This document shows positions 59,520 to 64,000 of a DNA stretch of 64,000 nucleotides, in pieces (within the stretch, counting starts at the first letter, position 1; every line of letters starts with the position of its first letter). Source of the DNA: Takakia lepidozioides (lineage: Eukaryota; Plantae; Bryophyta); assembly GCA_030704615.1 (NCBI GenBank), contig CM060733.1, forward strand, positions 39,804,001 through 39,868,000. Reading direction: 5' to 3'. A model generated the notes under the pieces. The model worked only from the letters and a program-made list of their open reading frames with translations. It was not told the origin of the DNA and made no database searches. The position numbers were made by a program, and so were the translations under genes.

Positions 59520-61275
59520 AGCCTTGCTACTAGCAGCTGAAGCAGCTGAGACTGACGGCGTGAAGTTCTTCCAGCAAACACCCCAACCCTACCTACAGTA
59601 ACATATTAAAATCACTACAAACACCATAGATCGACCAACGAGCTTCTCTTCATCTATGTTATCTGTTTTTGAATACTTTCCTGCTGCCACATCGGCAGTA
59701 ACTTGTCAAAGTCACTCCTAACCACCACAGATCCACCCAACGAGCTAACTTAAAGAATTCAATATGCATCTCAGGGCCAAGTTTGATGAGAGGGTAAAAC
59801 AAAGACCTCTTGTGTGTGCAGCTTGTGTCTGCAGCGTTCAGAATGACATCTGGTAATCTGATAGGCATTCACTTTTTCACCAACGTTGTCCCACCATTGA
59901 CTGGGGTCAGAAAAGTATTTATACCACAACTTCTCCTCATCTCTGTTACCTGTTTAATTTGGATACTTTCGTGTTGTCACATAGGCTGTATCATGTCAAA
60001 GTCACTCCAAACTACCAAAGTACCAGCTAACATGCAGAATTCAACATGGAAATTTAAGGCAGATTCTGATAAGAAGGGAAAACAGGGTGAAATGTGTAGA
60101 GAAGGTGCCTTCTCCTCATCCATGTTATCTATTTTCGGTTACTTTCCTGCTGCCACACTGGCAGTAACTTGTCAAAGTCTCTCTAAACCACCACAGATCC
60201 ACCCAACGAACTAACTTCCAGAATTCAATATGCATCTCAAGGCCGAGTCTGCAGCATTCAGAATGACATCTGGTAATCTGCAGGCATTCACCTTTTGCCT
60301 CGTTTGTCCCACCATTGGTTGGGGTCAAAAAAGAATTCATCCCACAACTTCTCCTCATCTCTGTTTACCTGTTTTTGGATACTTTCCTGTGTCACATTGG
60401 CAGTATCATGTCAAAGTCACTCCAAACTACCAAAGGTTCACTCAATCAGCTAACTTGCAGAATTCAACATGGAAATGTAGGGCAGATTCTGATAAGAGGG
60501 GAAAACATGGTGAAATGCGTTGAAGAAGGTATCTTCTCCTCATCCATGTTATCTGTTTTTTGGATACTTTCCTGCTTCTACATTAGCAGTAACTTGTCAA
60601 AGTCACTCCTAACCACCACGGATCCACCCAACAAGCTAACTTACAGAGTTCAATACGCATCTCAAGGCCGAGTCTGATGAGAGGGTAAAACAGGCAGAAA
60701 TAGGTTGAAGAAGAAGATGCACTCACCACATTGTCCTTGACCTTGTGTCATGACCCATGGAGGATTTCACCGAACATCAATCCTAAAGAACCTATTGTGT
60801 GTGCAGCTTGTGTCTGCAGCCTTCAGAATGACATGTGGTAATCTGCAGGCATTCACCTTTTTGCCTCGCTTGTCCCACAATTGGCTGGGGTCAGAAAAGT
60901 ATTCATCCCACAGCTTCTCATCATCTCTGTTTACCTGTTTTTGGATACTTTCCTGTGTCATATTGGCAGTATCATTTCAAAGCCACTCCAAACTACCAAA
61001 GGTTCACTCAACCAACTACCTTGCAGAATTCAACATAGAAATGTCGGGCCGATTCTGATGAGAGGGGAAAACAGGCAGAAATAGGTCAAAGAAGCTACTG
61101 CCCTCACCACGTTGTTCTTGACCTTGTGTCATGACCCATGGAGGATCTGACCGACCATCAACCCAAAATGACCTCTAGTGTGTGTTGCTTGTGTCTGTAG
61201 TAAGGTATTGTCGGATTTCTCTGTGAGAACCACCACGGTGCAGCTAGGCAGACAGAGATTGACACACGGCCTGCC
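59520..61275 (-). pseudogene. Tandem mosaic copies of PDF-motif exons
   Basis: DEKLWDEYFSDPSQLWDKRGKK-like segment repeated three times, interleaved with other pieces of the same family. Confidence 0.75.
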
Positions 61276-61630
61276 CCAACCTGCGCGCAACAGAAGAAGA
61301 CAAGGTGAGCGCGCAACAGAAGAGGACGACGAGGTGAGCGCGCTGCAGAAGAGGATGAGGACGAGGTCTGCGCGGCGGATAGGACTTAGTGCTAGGCGGG
61401 AAAAAAAAAACGTCTCAAAAGGAATTTGAGCACGGGATGCTGTGGCGGGTGAACGATGACCTTACCAGTACACTACACACTAACATCTGTAACACTATCT
61501 CAAATATATATATATATTTTTTAGGACTTTTCCAACCCCTTTGTATATACATAGTCTGTATGTGGGGGTATTTAATAAACCCCCTTCTGTTCACGCACGT
61601 GATAGGTACATTAAACCTTGGTGCACCCCC

Positions 61631-62600
61631 CGGGGTTTTTCCTTGACCTGAACGTGAGCAAGGACATCACAGCCCAACATTGCGTTAGATAGATTTGAAA
61701 GATCGTTGAACTTGCTCTTCCCGAAGCTGTGTTTAAGTTCTGTAATCTGGGGTTAAACGAGTGTGAACTGCAATTTGACATTTTGGGCAAGATATGATGT
61801 GGTTATAACTTCTCTGTGGGAGCTGCCCATACCGTGTCCACGTCTACAAAAGCTTTGGAACAGATAAGGGGGTGAGAGGTTGGAAGTGTAGAAGGAGTAG
61901 AGTATGAGACTAACTAGTAGCCCTAGATGCCCTCTCTAGCAGTTGGAACTTGGTATGAAATTTGTATACGATAGTTACCTCACCGACCCAGACAGGGAGA
62001 GTCATTAACTCGTGGTGAGCTACGGAAAATTCTTCAGTGGACATGTTTTATGGAACACCTAGCTGGATTGAGATGGTCGACCAAAAGTATCAGCAAGAGA
62101 GTGACGCACTTCTTCAGCGCATGCATCAGCTTGTACAGAAAGTATAAGGTCAGGTCTCCTCCAATGAATAAATGTTGAGAGAGAATAAGAGAGCTTCACT
62201 CTGTTTCTAAATTGACGAATATAAGTGTGACACGGATAGATACTGCTTGTGCACATCCCACAAAAATTTGGGAAAAGAGAGAACAGATCGTGTAAATTGG
62301 TTATCACATTAAACGAGCTGTAATGGTATGGCCTTGAATCAGCGGGTAGAATCACTGGTCCATGCCAATCGGAGCATCAAACTGCCAGTAGAGCTGGTAG
62401 TGAACTCATTTGTGACTTTGAATGTATCACACTGAAAGATCCGTACTGCCAGTGACGCCTCAAACCATGAGCGACCTGGAGAGACAACAGCTGGGCCGAC
62501 ATTTGGGATGATTTAGCAACCGACCTAATGGGCATTCTATAGCATTGACTATCTCACATCCTTACATGCACACAGATACACTATGAGTATTAAGTATCTC
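61631..62600 (-). mobile_element. Degenerate L1-type LINE ORF2 fragment (endonuclease end to pre-RT linker)
   Basis: SDWHGPVIL (SDH.PV-like) and a GKTPG motif at the truncation point; heavily mutated. Confidence 0.45.
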
Positions 62601-62624
62601 AGAATAGTTGGTGCTCTATCCTGA

Positions 62625-63068
62625 TTGGGGAAGGGTGAAGCCTGACCACATCAGGTTTGTGTGCGTTTGCAGTGCGTGTGTAAGCCTGGCAGCCCTGGAA
62701 AAGGCAAAGAGGTGCATGGTTGCATCGCCAAAGCTGGAATTGTACCAGATGTGATTCCCTATGAATCAATAGCTACAAGAAACCTGTATGGGTAGATGGT
62801 CAACTAAAGGCTGTAGCTGCAGCGGCATAGTTCATAAAACCAGGCACCTCAACCATGACCACAGCTTCTGAAAGAGGATCAAGAGAGGGAGCCAATGAGG
62901 CATTTCAGCAGATTCAGGTATGTAAATCTGTCCCTTGCTTAAGTGCATCAAGATGGAAGGTCTGGACGCTGGAAAGCAGGTGCTCACTCACATTATCCAA
63001 AGTGGATGCAAGCCAAATGTTTTTCTACTCGACACCCTTGTCTCCATGTATGTCAAGTGTGGGAGCAC
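62625..63068 (+). pseudogene. PPR/PDF mosaic fragment
   Basis: GVKPDHI.FV, KKPVWVDGQL and LKCIKMEGLDAGKQV..LVSMYVKCGS. Confidence 0.8.
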
Positions 63069-63070
63069 CT

Positions 63071-64000
63071 GGGGGGTGCACCCCAGCCAACCTGTACCAG
63101 CCACGTGCGTGCACAAGAGGGGGTATTTTTAACCCCCCCCATGTACAACATTATATATACATAGGGGGGTAAACAATACCTTAAATATAAGTCTACAGCA
63201 GGGGGCTAACATGATTAAGAGGGTAGCGTAGTGGTAAAGATTGACATTGTCTCGACACCGATCGAGGGTTCAAGTCACCATGCAATTTGGAGTTTTTCGA
63301 AAACTTTGAAAATACATATATTTTGTTGCACAAAATTGAACTCAAGACCACATACACACCTCAAGTATCTCCATTCCACTAGGCTACTCCACAATTCTCA
63401 AAACAAATGTGATGATTACTAGTAATATAGAAGAAAGACAGTTTATTGTGCTTTGTGTCATCATTGAGATCTCCCAAGCCATGGGCCCCAGCCCTAGTGT
63501 TTGGTACCATTGGAAAGCCCTCAATGAGGAGGGGTGCACCGGCTTGGTCTCATAATTTTGGGACTTGCGGTGTGGGAGATTTGAATTTTCAAGTACTTTT
63601 GGTCGTTGGAAACTCGCAAAAATAGCAAAGTGGGTTTTCTTGCAACAATGACTGGCCCTTCATTTGTCATTTGTGCACGGGGACATAAATGTAAATTGGG
63701 TTTTACTTTCAAATATGACATTAACACAATATTGTTTGTAGGATCCTTGAGATCTTCCAAACTGCGGGGCTTCTAGCCATGATTTTGGTACCGTTGGAAA
63801 GCCCAAAATGAGTAGGGATGCACCAACTTGGTTTTATAAAATTTGGACCTACAGGCCGAGGTCTGTTTCTAAATGAATGTATTTGATATAATATAAAGAC
63901 ATACATATACATATTTGAGGCTATTTTTTAATGATTGAAAAGGGGAATATACATACAGAAGGGGGGTGTTTTTTTAAAATTATAAATTTCTGTATATTTA
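63071..64000 (+). mobile_element. TIR DNA element with GGGGGTGCACC terminus, running off the window; related opposite end at ~61560-61630
   Basis: Interrupts the PPR frame; the first ~70 bp resemble the reverse complement of 61560-61630; internal repeat GGTACCRTTGGAAAGCCC. Confidence 0.6.

Overview
Eukaryotic nuclear DNA, most likely from a non-seed land plant (bryophyte, lycophyte or fern; inferred from the PLS-class PPR arrays and TE content). It is a TE- and pseudogene-dense region in which I see no clearly intact host gene. (1) Many shuffled copies of one gene family that joins OSB-type PDF motifs (WWDNR..K | ..PDFKHK...LW...PAWV) to PLS-class PPR arrays. Several copies lie inside non-autonomous CACTA elements; two of these are complete (10435-15378 and 52626-57516) with TIRs and 3-bp TSDs. 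(2) Relics of Copia, RTE-like and L1 LINEs, CACTA TnpA, a P-like transposase and two solo LTRs, plus an RPL23A fragment and an alpha/beta-hydrolase pseudogene. (3) The most notable structure is at ~31.4-51.1 kb: two related, apparently nested Mutator-like elements. Each pairs a GCM-like/MULE transposase head-to-head with a spliced ParB/Srx-fold gene. In the more complete copy that gene ends in a prokaryote-type beta-class amino-DNA-methyltransferase. Each element carries its own distinct long palindrome in many copies (A: GAAATTCGGCGCCGAATTTC; B: TTAAGRTGTCGTTGACGACAYCTTAA), including within introns of the ParB gene, which suggests a ParB/parS-like plus methyltransferase module on a plant transposon. 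All calls come from motif recognition by eye. Boundaries not marked by a TIR or TSD are approximate.
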